Source of the DNA: Pseudomonadota bacterium
GTDB taxonomy: Bacteria; Pseudomonadota; Gammaproteobacteria; Burkholderiales; Burkholderiaceae_C
DNA length: 64,000 nt
Direction: 5' to 3'
Assembly: GCA_040388255.1 (NCBI GenBank)
Contig: JAZKCE010000015.1
Coordinates: forward strand, 14,068-78,067
Made by a program: the position numbers and the translations under genes. Under the pieces are notes generated by a model. The model had not been told where the DNA came from. It did not search any database and saw only the letters and a program-made list of their open reading frames with translations. Within the stretch, counting starts at the first letter, position 1; each line of letters begins with the position of its first letter. This document shows, one piece after another, positions 17,718 through 29,118 of this stretch.

Positions 17718-18758
17718 ATGTTGAATGCCTTTAAAAAACACGCTTGCATGGCTGGTGCCGTATTAAGCCTGGCCGTCATCGCAGCAGCCCCGGCCCATGC
17801 GGGCAAGACGCTGGATGCCATCAAGGCACGCGGCCAGCTGGTGTGCGGCGTCAGCAGCGGTGTGGCCGGTTTTTCGCAGGCCGACAGCGCTGGCAAGTGG
17901 TCTGGCCTGGACGTTGATGTCTGCCGCGCGATTGCCGCCAGCGTGCTGGGCGATGCCAACAAGGTGAAATGGGTGCCTCTGGTCTCGCAGCAACGTTTTG
18001 CAGCCCTGCAGTCGGGTGAAATCGATATCCTGTCGCGCAACACCAGCTGGACGCTGACGCGCGATGCCTCGCTGGGCCTGGCCTTTACCGGCGTGACCTA
18101 TTACGACGGCCAGGGTTTCATGGTGCCGGCCAAAAGCAAGGTCAAGAGCGCCAAACAGCTGAAAAACGCCACAGTCTGCGTGCAGTCCGGCACCACGACT
18201 GAAAAAAACCTCAGCGAGTTTTCGCGCATCAACAACCTGAGCCTCAAACCCGTGGTGTTTGAAAAATTCGACGCCGCCAACGCCGCCTACTTCTCCGGCC
18301 GCTGCCAGGCCTACACCACCGACGCCTCCGGTCTGGCCTCCATCCGCAACAAGGAAGCCAAAACTCCGGCGGAGCATGTGGTGCTGCCCGAGCTGATCTC
18401 CAAGGAGCCGCTTGGCCCCGCCGTCCGCCGCGGTGACGACGAGTTTTTTGCGATCGCCAAATGGGTGGTGTTTGGCCTGATCGAGGCCGAGGAATACGGC
18501 GTGACGCAAGCCAACGTTGACACGCTGCAAAAAGACAGCAAGGACCCCAATATCGGCCGCCTGCTCGGCAGCACCGAAGACACCGGCAAGCTGCTGGGCC
18601 TGGACAAGGACTGGCTGGCGCGATCCATCAAGGCCACCGGCAACTACGGCGAAATCTTTGAACGCAACGTCGGCCCCAAAAGCCCGCTGGGCCTGCCACG
18701 CGGCAGCAACAAGCTCTGGTCGCAAGGCGGCCTGATGTACGCTCCACCCGTGCGCTGA
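17718..18758 (+). CDS. aapJ: general amino acid ABC transporter substrate-binding protein
   Basis: ATG 17718 gives the signal peptide MLNAFKKHACMAGAVLSLAVIAAAPAHA. It is followed by two permeases and an ATPase in AapJQMP/BztABCD order. Confidence 0.75.
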   Translation: MLNAFKKHACMAGAVLSLAVIAAAPAHAGKTLDAIKARGQLVCGVSSGVAGFSQADSAGKWSGLDVDVCRAIAASVLGDANKVKWVPLVSQQRFAALQSGEIDILSRNTSWTLTRDASLGLAFTGVTYYDGQGFMVPAKSKVKSAKQLKNATVCVQSGTTTEKNLSEFSRINNLSLKPVVFEKFDAANAAYFSGRCQAYTTDASGLASIRNKEAKTPAEHVVLPELISKEPLGPAVRRGDDEFFAIAKWVVFGLIEAEEYGVTQANVDTLQKDSKDPNIGRLLGSTEDTGKLLGLDKDWLARSIKATGNYGEIFERNVGPKSPLGLPRGSNKLWSQGGLMYAPPVR

Positions 18759-19795
18759 TGCCGGAACCCTCAGCCCCCTTGATACCGCCGCGCCCCGCCC
18801 CCGCAGCAACGCGGCAGTTTTCCTGGCGCGGCCGAAAGGCGCGCAGCGTCGCCTACCAGGTGCTGGCCGTGGGGGTGATTGTGCTGTTGGGCTGGCTGCT
18901 GGTGAGCAACACGCTGGCTAATATGCGCCTGCGCGGCATACAAAGCGGTTTTGATTTCCTCTGGCAGCCGGCCGGTTTTGACATCGGCGAGGGCTGGCTC
19001 AACTACGACGCGACCAGCCCCTACTGGAAAGCCTTTCTGGTCGGCATCGTCAACACCCTGCGCGTGGCGCTGATCGGCTGCGTGCTGGCCACGCTGCTGG
19101 GGACGCTGCTGGGCATCGCCCGCTTTTCGCGCAATGCGCTGCTGCGAGGCTTGAGTTATGGCTATGTCGAGCTGTTCCGCAACATCCCCCTGCTGCTGCA
19201 GTTGCTGATGTGGTACCTGCTCTTCATCGAGTACCTGCCGCCGCCCGATGCCGCCTTGAGCCTGGGCGACAGCGTCTTTCTGAGCAAAAACGGCATCGCC
19301 TTTCCGTCGCTCGGCTGGGCAGATGGACATCTGCAGTTTGAAATCCCCCGGATAGGCGAGATGCAGGTGGAAGGCGGCGCGGCGCTCAGCCCCGAATTCA
19401 TGGCCGTGCTGCTGGGCCTGGTGCTCTATACCTCCGCGTTTATTGCCGAGGTGGTGCGGGCCGGTATTGCCTCGGTCCCCAAGGGCCAGCATGAGGCCGG
19501 CGCGTCGATCGGCCTGTCACGGGCGCGCGCCATGCGCCTGATCGTCTTGCCGCAGGCGCTGCGCCTGATCATTCCACCACTGACCAACCAGTACCTGAAC
19601 CTGACCAAAAACTCATCCCTGGCCGTGGCCATCGGTTATCCCGATGTGGTGTCGATTGCCAACACCGCGCTGAACCAGTCCGGCCGCGCCGTCGAGTGCA
19701 TCGCCATCATCATGGGGGTGTACCTGCTGCTGTCGCTCCTCACCTCCGCCTTGATGAACTGGTTCAACCGCCGTGCGGCGATCAAGGAGCGCTGA
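18758..19795 (+). CDS. aapQ: amino acid ABC transporter permease
   Basis: Polar-amino-acid permease family (SIGLSRARAMRLIVLPQALRLIIPPL). Start overlaps the aapJ stop (TGATG). Confidence 0.75.
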   Translation: MPEPSAPLIPPRPAPAATRQFSWRGRKARSVAYQVLAVGVIVLLGWLLVSNTLANMRLRGIQSGFDFLWQPAGFDIGEGWLNYDATSPYWKAFLVGIVNTLRVALIGCVLATLLGTLLGIARFSRNALLRGLSYGYVELFRNIPLLLQLLMWYLLFIEYLPPPDAALSLGDSVFLSKNGIAFPSLGWADGHLQFEIPRIGEMQVEGGAALSPEFMAVLLGLVLYTSAFIAEVVRAGIASVPKGQHEAGASIGLSRARAMRLIVLPQALRLIIPPLTNQYLNLTKNSSLAVAIGYPDVVSIANTALNQSGRAVECIAIIMGVYLLLSLLTSALMNWFNRRAAIKER

Positions 19796-19798
19796 GCC

Positions 19799-20908
19799 AT
19801 GCCAGATCAAACTCAGGCTTTTCAACCCATCCCCCCAAGGCCCGCGCCGGTACACACTGTCGGCGCCATGGCCAGCCTGCGCCGCAATCTTTTCTCCAGC
19901 GTACCCAATACCGTGCTGTCGCTGCTGCTGATGGCCTTGTTCGGCTGGCTGGTGGTGAAGGGATTCAGCTGGGGCCTGGTGAACGCCGTGTTTGCGCCGG
20001 ATGCAGACCGTTGCCAGGCGGCACGCGGACTGGGCGCCTGCTGGGGCGTCATCCATGAAAAAGCCCGTTTTATCCTGCTGGGCCGCTACCCGCAAACCGA
20101 GCAGTGGCGGCCCGTGCTGGCCACCTTTGCGCTGCTGGCGCCGGTGCTGGCCAGTTGCAGCACGCGTTTCTGGAAACCTTCGCTGACACTGATTTGGGTG
20201 GCCGGGCTGGCGCTGTTTTTTGTGTTGATGGGCGGCGGTGTGGCTGGCCTTGAAAAAGTATCGACCGATGTCTGGGGCGGCCTGCCGCTGACCCTGATGC
20301 TCAGCGTGATCTCCATGGTGCTGGCTTTCCCGATCGCGGTGGGGGTGGCGCTGGGCCGGCGTTCGGACATGCCGGCGATACGCTCGCTGTGTGTGGTCTA
20401 TGTTGAGCTGGTACGCGGCGTGCCGCTGATCTCGGTGCTGTTCATGGCCTCCTTCATGCTGCCGCTGTTTTTGCCGGTGGGCAAGTCGCCCGATGTGTTG
20501 ATCCGCGTGATTGTCGGCATCACCCTGTTTGCCGCGGCCTATATGGCTGAGATCATTCGCGGCGGCCTGCAGACCGTGGGCCGCGGTCAGGCAGAAGCCG
20601 CCGCCAGCATGGGCCTGAGTTACTGGCAGGCCCAGCGCAAGATCATCCTGCCGCAGGCGCTGGGCGCGGTGGTGCCCAGCATCGTGAACAACTTCATCTC
20701 GCTGTTCAAGGACACCTCGCTGGTCACCATCGTCTCGCTCTACGAACTCACGGGCGCGCTGTCGCTCGCGCTGGGTTCGGACCCGAACTGGCGGCCATTC
20801 AAGATCGAGGCCTACCTGTTTATTGCCGCCATCTACTTCGCCTTCTGCTACGCCATGTCGCGCTACAGCCTGCGGCTGGAAAAGCGGCTGGCCAGGAACG
20901 GGAAGTAA
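19799..20908 (+). CDS. aapM: amino acid ABC transporter permease
   Basis: Second permease ([27 protein letters not shown]), starting 3 nt after the aapQ stop. Confidence 0.75.
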   Translation: MPDQTQAFQPIPPRPAPVHTVGAMASLRRNLFSSVPNTVLSLLLMALFGWLVVKGFSWGLVNAVFAPDADRCQAARGLGACWGVIHEKARFILLGRYPQTEQWRPVLATFALLAPVLASCSTRFWKPSLTLIWVAGLALFFVLMGGGVAGLEKVSTDVWGGLPLTLMLSVISMVLAFPIAVGVALGRRSDMPAIRSLCVVYVELVRGVPLISVLFMASFMLPLFLPVGKSPDVLIRVIVGITLFAAAYMAEIIRGGLQTVGRGQAEAAASMGLSYWQAQRKIILPQALGAVVPSIVNNFISLFKDTSLVTIVSLYELTGALSLALGSDPNWRPFKIEAYLFIAAIYFAFCYAMSRYSLRLEKRLARNGK

Positions 20909-20930
20909 CGGGAAACAAAAGGACAAGAAC

Positions 20931-21671
20931 GTGAGCAATCCCATCATCCGTTTCGACAAGGTCAACAAGTGGTTTGGCAACTTTCACGCGCTGCGCGACA
21001 TCGACCTGTCGGTCCAGCCGGGCGAACGCATCGTGATCTGCGGGCCCTCCGGCTCGGGCAAGTCCACGTTGATCCGCTGCATCAATGCACTGGAGGACTA
21101 CCAGGAAGGCACGCTGACGGTGGCCGGCACCGTGCTCGGTGACAACATCAAGGCGATTGAAGCCGTGCGCCGCGAGGTCGGCATGGTGTTCCAGCAGTTC
21201 AACCTGTTCCCGCACCTGACAGTGCTGGAAAACCTCACGCTGGCACTGGTCTGGGTCGCCGGCCTGCCGAAAAAAGAGGCCGAGCAGATCGCCATGGCGC
21301 AGTTGGAGCGCGTACGTATTGCCGAGCAGGCGCACAAATACCCGCTGCAGCTTTCAGGCGGCCAGCAGCAGCGCGTGGCGATTGCCCGCTCGCTGTGCCT
21401 GACGCCCAAAATCATGCTGTTTGATGAGCCAACCTCGGCGCTGGACCCCGAGATGATCAAGGAAGTGCTGGACGTGATCGTCAGCCTCGCCGACCAGGGC
21501 ATGACCATGCTCTGCGTCACGCACGAGATGGGTTTTGCGCGCGCGGTGGCGAATCGCATCATCTTTATGGACGAAGGCCAGATCGTCGAGGAGAACACGC
21601 CGGACGCCTTCTTCAACGCCCCCAAAACCGGGCGCGGGCGGGATTTCCTGTCAAAAATCCTGGGGCACTAG
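20931..21671 (+). CDS. aapP: amino acid ABC transporter ATP-binding protein
   Basis: GTG 20931 follows AAGGA. Walker [10 protein letters not shown] and signature [13 protein letters not shown]. The ORF-track extension overlaps aapM. Confidence 0.85.
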   Translation: MSNPIIRFDKVNKWFGNFHALRDIDLSVQPGERIVICGPSGSGKSTLIRCINALEDYQEGTLTVAGTVLGDNIKAIEAVRREVGMVFQQFNLFPHLTVLENLTLALVWVAGLPKKEAEQIAMAQLERVRIAEQAHKYPLQLSGGQQQRVAIARSLCLTPKIMLFDEPTSALDPEMIKEVLDVIVSLADQGMTMLCVTHEMGFARAVANRIIFMDEGQIVEENTPDAFFNAPKTGRGRDFLSKILGH

Positions 21672-21749
21672 GTCCTGGCCTGTGTCAGCGCAGGAAACCC
21701 CATTTTTATAAATAAAGTGGCGCCAGATCCCGTGAATACTGCACAAGCA

Positions 21750-21766
21750 GCTATCAATTAAGGAGC
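21750..21766. repeat. family C motif
   Basis: GCTATCAATTAAGGAGC preceded by GCACAAGCA. Confidence 0.5.
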
Positions 21767-21802
21767 GATTTCATGCTGGCAAGGGCAGCAATGGAAATGG
21801 CT

Positions 21803-22609
21803 TCATACCCGCTTCGACGCCCACGCCCACAACCACGCCCCACCCAGGATCATGGGTACACACAGCCACTGGCCCATGCTCATGCCGAGCGCGAGTATGC
21901 CCAGGAACTGGTCCGGCTCGCGGAAGAACTCGGCGATAAAACGGAACACGCCGTAGCCGAATAAAAAGGCGCCCGAGACCTGGCCCATCTTGCGCGGGCC
22001 TCTTGCGTACAGCCAGAGCAGCACAAACAGCAGCAGGCCCTCCATCAGAAACTGGTAGACCTGCGAGGGGTGGCGCGGCAGCAGGGAGCCGCTGTCCTTG
22101 AACACCATGCCCCAGGGCAAATCGGGCGAGGAGAAACGGCCCCACAGCTCGCCATTGATAAAGTTGCCGACGCGCCCGGCCGCCAGCCCGGTGGGCACGC
22201 AGGGGGCGATGAAGTCCATGACCTGCAGCCATGGCCGCTGGCGGCTGCACGCAAACCACAGCTGCGAGGCCAGCACGCCCAGCATGCCACCGTGAAAACT
22301 CATGCCGCCCTGCCACACCGCAAAAATCTCCAGCGGATGCGAAAGGTAATAACCCGGCTTGTAGAAAAGGCAGTAACCGATGCGCCCGCCTATCACCACC
22401 CCCATGACGCCGAGAAACAGGATGTCTTCAATGTCCCTGCGCGACCAGGCGCCGGGTCCGCTGATAGAGGCATAAGGCTCATGGCGCAGGCGCAGCGTGG
22501 CGAGAAAAAAGAACAGACCGAAGGCTGCCAGGTAGGTCAGGCCATACCAGTGGATGGCCAGCGGACCGATTTGCAGGGCGATGGGGTCGATTTGGGGGTG
22601 AATCAGCAT
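21803..22609 (-). CDS. lgt: prolipoprotein diacylglyceryl transferase
   Basis: Lgt family ([22 protein letters not shown]). ATG 22609 preferred; GTG 22624 also possible. Confidence 0.85.
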   Translation of the reverse strand: MLIHPQIDPIALQIGPLAIHWYGLTYLAAFGLFFFLATLRLRHEPYASISGPGAWSRRDIEDILFLGVMGVVIGGRIGYCLFYKPGYYLSHPLEIFAVWQGGMSFHGGMLGVLASQLWFACSRQRPWLQVMDFIAPCVPTGLAAGRVGNFINGELWGRFSSPDLPWGMVFKDSGSLLPRHPSQVYQFLMEGLLLFVLLWLYARGPRKMGQVSGAFLFGYGVFRFIAEFFREPDQFLGILALGMSMGQWLCVPMILGGAWLWAWASKRV

Positions 22610-22645
22610 GGACCTATTTTGCACGCAAGTGATGACGGCGCCGCT

Positions 22646-23596
22646 TCAGGCACCCTGGCCGCTGGCCCCGGCGATAAAGGCCACAAAACGCTCCCGCACC
22701 GGGTTGGCATTGCTGCGCGTCCAGACCAGGCTGGTTTCACACCCCGGCACCCTGGTGGCTGATCTGGCGGCGGGCAAGGTTCTGTACACCACGCCGGACC
22801 GCTGGAACTGGCGCACGCTCTCGGGCACCCAGGCGAGCCCCAGCCCCGCAGACACCAGGTTCACGATGGTCTGCATCTGTATGGCCTCCTGCGCCACCTG
22901 CGGCGAGCGGCCGGCGGCGTGGTACATCGCAAAAATGGCGTCATAAAGCGATGGCACGATGCGGCGCGGAAAAATCACCAGCGGCTCCGCGAGCACCTTG
23001 GCCAGCGACAGCGCCGGCAACGCTGCCAGCGGGTGGTGCTCGGGCAAGGCCAGCAACAGCGGCTCGCTGGCGATCAGCGCGCGCTCCAGCCCGGGCGGCA
23101 CAAAGCTGGGGGCATGCAGCATGAAGCCGGCGTCTATCTCGCCGTGCTCCAGCAATTGCAGTTGCACATCGCCGGTGGCTTCAATCAGTTCCAGCGCCAG
23201 TCGGGGATAACGTTCACGGAAGGCGCGCACCCATTGCGGCAGCAGGGCAAAGCCCACCGTGGACACAAAAGCCAGCCGCAGATGGCCAACCTCGCCGCCG
23301 GCAGCCGCCCTGGCATGCGCGGGCAAGGCCTGTGCGCGCGTCAGGAGGTCCTGGACCTCAGGGACCAGGGCCGCGCCGGCTGCGGTCAGTTTCACGCTGC
23401 GTTTGGTGCGGTCAAACAACCTGAGCCCGAGCACGACCTCCAGCTGGGCGATGGCTTGTGTCAGGGGCGGCTGGGTCATGTTCAGGCGCTGGGCCGCCCT
23501 GCCAAAATGCAGCTCGTCCGCGAGCGTCACAAACTGGCGCCACAAACGCAGTTCCACCAGCGGCGACTTATCTGAATATCCAGGCAATTCACTCAT
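22646..23596 (-). CDS. LysR-family transcriptional regulator
   Basis: N-terminal HTH LRLWRQFVTLADELHFGRAAQRLNMTQPPLTQAIAQLE. Divergent from ilvD. Confidence 0.85.
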   Translation of the reverse strand: MSELPGYSDKSPLVELRLWRQFVTLADELHFGRAAQRLNMTQPPLTQAIAQLEVVLGLRLFDRTKRSVKLTAAGAALVPEVQDLLTRAQALPAHARAAAGGEVGHLRLAFVSTVGFALLPQWVRAFRERYPRLALELIEATGDVQLQLLEHGEIDAGFMLHAPSFVPPGLERALIASEPLLLALPEHHPLAALPALSLAKVLAEPLVIFPRRIVPSLYDAIFAMYHAAGRSPQVAQEAIQMQTIVNLVSAGLGLAWVPESVRQFQRSGVVYRTLPAARSATRVPGCETSLVWTRSNANPVRERFVAFIAGASGQGA

Positions 23597-23602
23597 ATGC
23601 CA

Positions 23603-23616
23603 TACATATTAATGTA
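23603..23616. promoter_or_regulatory. dyad TACAT-N4-ATGTA, candidate LysR-type binding site
   Basis: TACATATTAATGTA, 7 nt upstream of the LysR start codon in the LysR/ilvD divergent region. Confidence 0.35.
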
Positions 23617-23692
23617 GAGCATAAAATGGATTGGAAAGTATCAGTCAAAGCACGCATACTCGACGTCACAACAAACTCCCACGAGGCACCCC

Positions 23693-25387
23693 ATGGAAAC
23701 CAAAACCATCACGCTCAACCCACGCAGCAAGAACATCACCGAAGGCAAATCGCGCGCGCCGAATCGGTCCATGTATTACGCCATGGGTTACGAAGAAGCC
23801 GACTTCAAAAAACCCATGATCGGCGTAGCCAACGGACACAGCACCATCACGCCCTGCAACAGCGGCCTGCAAAAGCTGGCCGATGCCGCCATTGCGGCGA
23901 TTGAAGAAGCCGGCGGCAACGCGCAGGTCTTCGGCACACCGACGATTTCGGACGGCATGGCCATGGGCACCGAAGGCATGAAATATTCGCTGGTCAGCCG
24001 CGAAGTGATTTCGGATTGCATCGAGACCTGCGTGCAGGGCCAGTGGATGGACGGCGTGCTGGTGGTCGGCGGCTGCGACAAGAACATGCCGGGCGGCCTG
24101 ATGGGCATGCTGCGCGCCAACGTACCGGCCATCTACGTTTATGGCGGCACCATCCTGCCGGGTACTTACAAAGGCAAGGACCTCAACATCGTCAGCGTGT
24201 TTGAAGCCGTGGGCGAGAACGCCGCCGGCCGCATGAGCGATGAAGACCTGCTGCAGATCGAGCGTCGCGCCATTCCCGGCACCGGCAGCTGCGGCGGCAT
24301 GTACACGGCCAACACCATGTCCAGCGCGTTTGAGGCCCTGGGTATTTCGCTGCCCTACTCCAGCACCATGGCCAATCCGCACGACGAGAAAATGAACTCG
24401 GCAAAAGAGTCAGCGAAAGTTTTGGTCGAGGCCATCAAGAAGGACATCAAGCCGCGCGACATCGTCACCAAGAAGGCGATCGAAAATGCCGTGGCCGTGA
24501 TCATGGCGACCGGTGGCTCCACCAATGCCGTGTTGCACTTTTTGGCGATTGCCCACACCGCCGGTGTCGAGTGGAGCATCGACGACTTTGAACGGATTCG
24601 CCAACGCACGCCCGTGCTCTGCAATCTGAAACCTTCGGGCGATTACCTGGCTGTCGACCTGCACCGTGCAGGCGGCATTCCGCAAGTCATGAAGACGCTG
24701 CTGGTCGCCGGCCTGCTGCATGGCGACTGCCTGACGATTTCCGGCCAGACGATTGCCGAAGTGCTGAAGGACGTGCCCGATGTGCCGCGTGCCGATCAGG
24801 ATGTGATCCGTCCGATCAACAAGCCGATGTACGCGCAAGGCCACCTGGCCATTCTCAAAGGCAACCTCTCGCCTGAAGGCTGCGTCGCCAAGATCACCGG
24901 TCTGAAAAACCCGGTCATGACCGGCCCGGCCCGCGTGTTTGACGATGAGCAGTCCGGCCTTGCCGCCATCCTGGCCGGCAAGATCAAACCCGGCGATGTG
25001 ATGGTGCTGCGTTACCTCGGCCCCAAGGGCGGCCCCGGCATGCCGGAAATGCTGGCACCGACCGGTGCGCTGATCGGCGCCGGCCTGGGCGAAAGCGTGG
25101 GCCTGATCACCGACGGCCGTTTTTCGGGTGGCACCTGGGGCATGGTGGTCGGGCATGTGGCGCCGGAAGCGGCGGCCGGCGGCAACATTGCCTTCATCAA
25201 CGAAGGCGACTCGATCACCATCGACGCCAAACAATTGCTGCTGCAACTCAACATCAGCGACGCCGAACTGGCCAAACGCAAGGAGGGCTGGAAGGCCCCG
25301 GCACCGCGCTACACACGCGGCGTGCAGGCCAAGTTCGCCTTCAACGCATCAAGCGCCAGCAAGGGCGCGGTGCTGGACGACTATTGA
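23693..25387 (+). CDS. ilvD: dihydroxy-acid dehydratase
   Basis: 564 aa with IlvD/Edd family motifs ([20 protein letters not shown]). Confidence 0.92.
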   Translation: METKTITLNPRSKNITEGKSRAPNRSMYYAMGYEEADFKKPMIGVANGHSTITPCNSGLQKLADAAIAAIEEAGGNAQVFGTPTISDGMAMGTEGMKYSLVSREVISDCIETCVQGQWMDGVLVVGGCDKNMPGGLMGMLRANVPAIYVYGGTILPGTYKGKDLNIVSVFEAVGENAAGRMSDEDLLQIERRAIPGTGSCGGMYTANTMSSAFEALGISLPYSSTMANPHDEKMNSAKESAKVLVEAIKKDIKPRDIVTKKAIENAVAVIMATGGSTNAVLHFLAIAHTAGVEWSIDDFERIRQRTPVLCNLKPSGDYLAVDLHRAGGIPQVMKTLLVAGLLHGDCLTISGQTIAEVLKDVPDVPRADQDVIRPINKPMYAQGHLAILKGNLSPEGCVAKITGLKNPVMTGPARVFDDEQSGLAAILAGKIKPGDVMVLRYLGPKGGPGMPEMLAPTGALIGAGLGESVGLITDGRFSGGTWGMVVGHVAPEAAAGGNIAFINEGDSITIDAKQLLLQLNISDAELAKRKEGWKAPAPRYTRGVQAKFAFNASSASKGAVLDDY

Positions 25388-25407
25388 TTCCGGCTGACAT
25401 GTAAGAC

Positions 25408-25443
25408 AAAAAGCCCGTGGGTCACAGACTTCACGGGCTTTTT
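25408..25443. terminator. bidirectional terminator between ilvD and the Trp-rich protein gene
   Basis: AAAAAGCCCGTG-ggtcacagactt-CACGGGCTTTTT. Confidence 0.8.
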
Positions 25444-25488
25444 ACTTTGAACGCAGGGCCTGCCAATGGCAGAGTTGGATTCGGGCAA

Positions 25489-25731
25489 TTACTTGCGTTT
25501 TTTGGACAGCATGCCCATCGCGTCACGTTGCCTGTCTATGCGGTCCTGTTTGCGCTTGTCCATTTTTTCGATTTCCTTGCGCTTGGTATAGCCGGACTTG
25601 TCGGCCCAGGCCCACCAGGCCACGGCCAGGGCAAACGGGGACAGCACGATGAACCAGCTCAGGCTCGCGACCGGCCCGAATTCAAGATATTTCATGACCA
25701 GCATGGCCACGCCAACAAGCAGGAAAAACAT
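25489..25731 (-). CDS. small Trp-rich membrane protein (conserved hypothetical)
   Basis: 80 aa. Two TM helices (FALAVAWWAWADKSG) and a K/R-rich C-terminal tail. Confidence 0.6.
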   Translation of the reverse strand: MFFLLVGVAMLVMKYLEFGPVASLSWFIVLSPFALAVAWWAWADKSGYTKRKEIEKMDKRKQDRIDRQRDAMGMLSKKRK

Positions 25732-25882
25732 TTCAAACTCCTGATTTCAACAATATACGGCGAGTAAAGACAGTTTGCATTGGGGCCTCCGGCTGGATAA
25801 CCCTAAAAAACAGGGTCAACCCGTCTCACTACAATAGCGTTAAAAGACTGTAACCGAATCCAAACTCCCACGAGGACAATTC

Positions 25883-26197
25883 ATGAAACGCATTCTTGTC
25901 GCAATCGCTACCCTGGCCGCCGGTGTTGCCATATCCACACCGGCCTTGGCCGATCTTGCCCTGGCAACCGCAAAGAACTGCATGGCTTGCCACGCCATTG
26001 ACAAAAAACTGGTGGGCCCTTCATACAAGGACGTGGCCGCGAAATACGCCGGCCAGAAAGACGCCGCCGACAAACTTGCCGCCAAAGTCATCAAGGGCGG
26101 CTCCGGTGTTTGGGGCCCCGTGCCCATGCCCGCCAATGCCCAGGTCAGCCCTGACGAAGCAAAAAAACTGGTGGCCTGGATTCTGACCCAGAAGTAA
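25883..26197 (+). CDS. c-type cytochrome (c551/c552-like)
   Basis: 104 aa with a signal peptide, haem-binding CMACH and a distal Met (PMPAN). Confidence 0.85.
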   Translation: MKRILVAIATLAAGVAISTPALADLALATAKNCMACHAIDKKLVGPSYKDVAAKYAGQKDAADKLAAKVIKGGSGVWGPVPMPANAQVSPDEAKKLVAWILTQK

Positions 26198-26239
26198 TTT
26201 TCGGATTCACGGTCCCGTCCCTGGAACTGTGCCTCACGC

Positions 26240-26271
26240 AAAAAAGCCCGTCCACATGGACGGGCTTTTTT
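26240..26271. terminator. bidirectional terminator between the cytochrome c gene and acs
   Basis: AAAAAAGCCCGTCCA-ca-TGGACGGGCTTTTTT. Confidence 0.85.
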
Positions 26272-26286
26272 AATGGGCTTGCGGCC

Positions 26287-28299
26287 CTACAGGTTTTCAG
26301 ACAGCTGATCGAGGATGGCGGGGTTTTCAAGCGTCGACGTGTCCTGGGTGATGGCCTCGCCCTTTGCAATGCCGCGCAGCAGGCGGCGCATGATTTTGCC
26401 GCTGCGGGTTTTCGGCAGGTTGTCGCCGAAACGGATGTCTTTCGGCTTGGCGATCGGCCCTATCTGTTTGCCCACCCAGTCGCGCAACTCCTTGGCAATC
26501 GCCTTGGCTTCATCGCCGGTGGGGCGTGAGCGCTTGAGCACCACAAAGGCCACGATGGCTTCGCCGGTCAGGTCATCGGGCCGGCCGACCACCGCCGCTT
26601 CGGCCACCAGCGCGGAATGCGCCACCAGCGCCGATTCGATTTCCATGGTGCCCATGCGGTGGCCCGACACGTTCAGCACATCGTCAATGCGGCCGGTGAT
26701 GCGGAAATAGCCGTTGTCGGCATTGCGCACTGCGCCGTCACCGGCCAGGTAAACATTGCCGCCCATCTCCTCGGGGAAATAGCTCTTTTTAAAGCGCTCG
26801 GGGTCGTTCCAGATGGTGCGAATCATCGACGGCCAGGGGCGCTTGACCACCAGCATGCCGCCTGCGCCATTGGGCAGTTCCTTGCCGGTTTCATCAACAA
26901 TCGCAGCCATGATGCCAGGCAGGGGCAAGGTACAGCTGCCGGGCACCAGCGGCGTGACACCGGGCAGCGGGTTGATCATGTGGCCACCGGTTTCGGTTTG
27001 CCAGAATGTGTCAACGATAGGGCAGCGCTCGCCACCGACGTTTTTGTAGTACCACATCCAGGCCTCGGGGTTGATGGGCTCGCCGACCGAGCCGAGGATG
27101 CGCAGGCTGCTCAGGTCCGAGCGGTCCGGGTGTACCTTCTCGTCGCCCTCTGCGGCTTTGATCAGCGAGCGGATGGCCGTGGGCGCCGTATAAAAAATCG
27201 TGACCTTGTGTTTTTCTATCATCTGCCAGAAGCGCCCGGCATTCGGGTAGGTCGGGATGCCTTCAAAGATGACCTGCGTCGCGCCCGCAGCCAGCGGCCC
27301 ATAAGCGACATAGGTGTGGCCCGTGACCCAGCCGATGTCGGCGGTACACCAGAACACATCGGAGCTTGCCAAATCAAAAGTCCAGTCCATGGTGAGCTTG
27401 GCCCACAGCAGATAACCACCCGTGCTGTGCTGCACACCCTTGGGTTTGCCGGTGGAGCCGGAGGTATAGAGGATGAACAGCGGGTGCTCCGCGCCGACAA
27501 ACTCGGGTTCGCAAACGGCCGCGGCTTTGGCGGTGACCTCGTGCATCAGGCTGTCGCGTCCGGCCACCATGTTGCAGGCCGTCGGTGTGCGCTGGTAGAC
27601 GATGACGTTTTTAATCGACTCGCAGCCGCCCATGGCAATGCCTTCATCCACGACGGCCTTGAGCGGCAGTTCCTTGCCGCCGCGCAGCTGGTAATTGGCG
27701 GTGATGACGGCCACGGCACCGGCGTCCTGGATGCGCTCCTGCAGGCTTTTGGCCGAGAAGCCGCCAAACACCACCGAGTGCGTGGCGCCTATGCGCGCGC
27801 AGGCCTGCATGGCGACCACACCCTCGACCGTCATCGGCATGTAGATGATGACGCGGTCGCCTTTTTTGATGCCCATGGCCTTGAGCGCGCTGGCGAACTG
27901 GCTGACTTTGGCGTGCAGTTCCTTGTAGGTGACGTTGGTCACCTGGCCATCGTCGGCTTCAAAAATAATGGCTTTTTTGTTTTCGGTCGGCGTGCCCATA
28001 TGGCGGTCCAGGCAGTTGTACGACGCATTGAGTTCACCATCGCCAAACCATTTGTAGAACGGAACGTTCGACTCATCCAGCACCTGGGTGAAAGGTTTTT
28101 TCCAGCTCAGGTTGTCTCGCGCCAGCTGGGCCCAGAAACCCTCGAAGTCTTTTTCAGCCGCTGCGCACATTGCGTTGTAGGCGCCCATGCCTGAAATGCG
28201 GGCAGCCTTGACGGTGGCTGCAGAGGGCGGGAACACGCGGTTTTCGATCAGCATGGATTCGATATTGGACTGGGGGGCGGCTGGCGTGGCGGTGCTCAT
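26287..28299 (-). CDS. acs: acetyl-CoA synthetase
   Basis: ATG 28299 follows AGGAGA. AMP-binding motif [12 protein letters not shown]; length and sequence typical of Acs. Confidence 0.92.
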   Translation of the reverse strand: MSTATPAAPQSNIESMLIENRVFPPSAATVKAARISGMGAYNAMCAAAEKDFEGFWAQLARDNLSWKKPFTQVLDESNVPFYKWFGDGELNASYNCLDRHMGTPTENKKAIIFEADDGQVTNVTYKELHAKVSQFASALKAMGIKKGDRVIIYMPMTVEGVVAMQACARIGATHSVVFGGFSAKSLQERIQDAGAVAVITANYQLRGGKELPLKAVVDEGIAMGGCESIKNVIVYQRTPTACNMVAGRDSLMHEVTAKAAAVCEPEFVGAEHPLFILYTSGSTGKPKGVQHSTGGYLLWAKLTMDWTFDLASSDVFWCTADIGWVTGHTYVAYGPLAAGATQVIFEGIPTYPNAGRFWQMIEKHKVTIFYTAPTAIRSLIKAAEGDEKVHPDRSDLSSLRILGSVGEPINPEAWMWYYKNVGGERCPIVDTFWQTETGGHMINPLPGVTPLVPGSCTLPLPGIMAAIVDETGKELPNGAGGMLVVKRPWPSMIRTIWNDPERFKKSYFPEEMGGNVYLAGDGAVRNADNGYFRITGRIDDVLNVSGHRMGTMEIESALVAHSALVAEAAVVGRPDDLTGEAIVAFVVLKRSRPTGDEAKAIAKELRDWVGKQIGPIAKPKDIRFGDNLPKTRSGKIMRRLLRGIAKGEAITQDTSTLENPAILDQLSENL

Positions 28300-28437
28300 T
28301 GCGAGGGTCTCCTGTTTGTCATGAAGGGCGGTGTGCTGGCGTGGTACTGTCATGCTTGGCACTTACAAGCCACTGACTGGCGCGAATCTTACAAGTGCGA
28401 ACCTTACAATTCTCCTACTTTCCCATCCCTTCATCCC

Positions 28438-29043
28438 ATGTCCGATAACTCCGTCAACCCCCCGCCTCCGCCACTTCGCCCCCTGCCCAACCTGATTTTT
28501 GCCAGCCGCTGGCTGCAACTGCCGCTTTACCTGGGGCTGATCGCTGCGCAGGCCGTGTACGTGGTTCATTTTGTGGTGGAGCTCCTGCATCTGATCGAGG
28601 CGGCGTTTGGCAGCCAGACAGCCCTGCAGTCGTTGATCACCAGCATCGGCTACAAAACGGCCATACCCGTCGTGACCTTGAATGAAACTGTCATCATGCT
28701 GGTGGTGCTGGCGCTGATTGACGTGGTCATGATCTCCAACCTGCTGATCATGGTGATTGTGGGCGGCTATGAAACCTTTGTGAGCCGCATGGACCTGGAA
28801 GGCCACCGCGACCAGCCCGAATGGCTGAGCCATGTGAACGCATCGGTGCTTAAAGTGAAGCTGGCCACAGCCATCATAGGCATCAGCTCCATCCATTTGC
28901 TGAAAACCTTCATCAATGCCGACAACTACACCGACAAGGTCCTGATTGCGCAAACGGTGATCCACATCACCTTCCTGCTGTCCGCCATTGCGATTGCCTA
29001 CACCGACAAGATCATGTCGGGCATTGCCGCAGAAAAGCACTGA
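28438..29043 (+). CDS. UPF0114/YqhA-family membrane protein
   Basis: ATG 28438. [23 protein letters not shown] is typical of the YqhA family. Confidence 0.7.
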   Translation: MSDNSVNPPPPPLRPLPNLIFASRWLQLPLYLGLIAAQAVYVVHFVVELLHLIEAAFGSQTALQSLITSIGYKTAIPVVTLNETVIMLVVLALIDVVMISNLLIMVIVGGYETFVSRMDLEGHRDQPEWLSHVNASVLKVKLATAIIGISSIHLLKTFINADNYTDKVLIAQTVIHITFLLSAIAIAYTDKIMSGIAAEKH

Positions 29044-29073
29044 CAAAACAAGCCTCTTTCGCAAGCAGGACGG

Positions 29074-29116
29074 GCGCTATATGCTATTAAAACGATAGCA
29101 TTTGGCGCTTTTTTTT
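29074..29116 (+). terminator. rho-independent terminator after the UPF0114 gene
   Basis: GCGC-tat-ATGCTAT-taaaacg-ATAGCAT-ttg-GCGC followed by T8. Confidence 0.7.
29083..29099. repeat. family C motif (perfect GCTAT-N7-ATAGC)
   Basis: GCTATTAAAACGATAGC; forms the stem of the terminator at 29074..29116. Confidence 0.55.
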
Positions 29117-29118
29117 GT

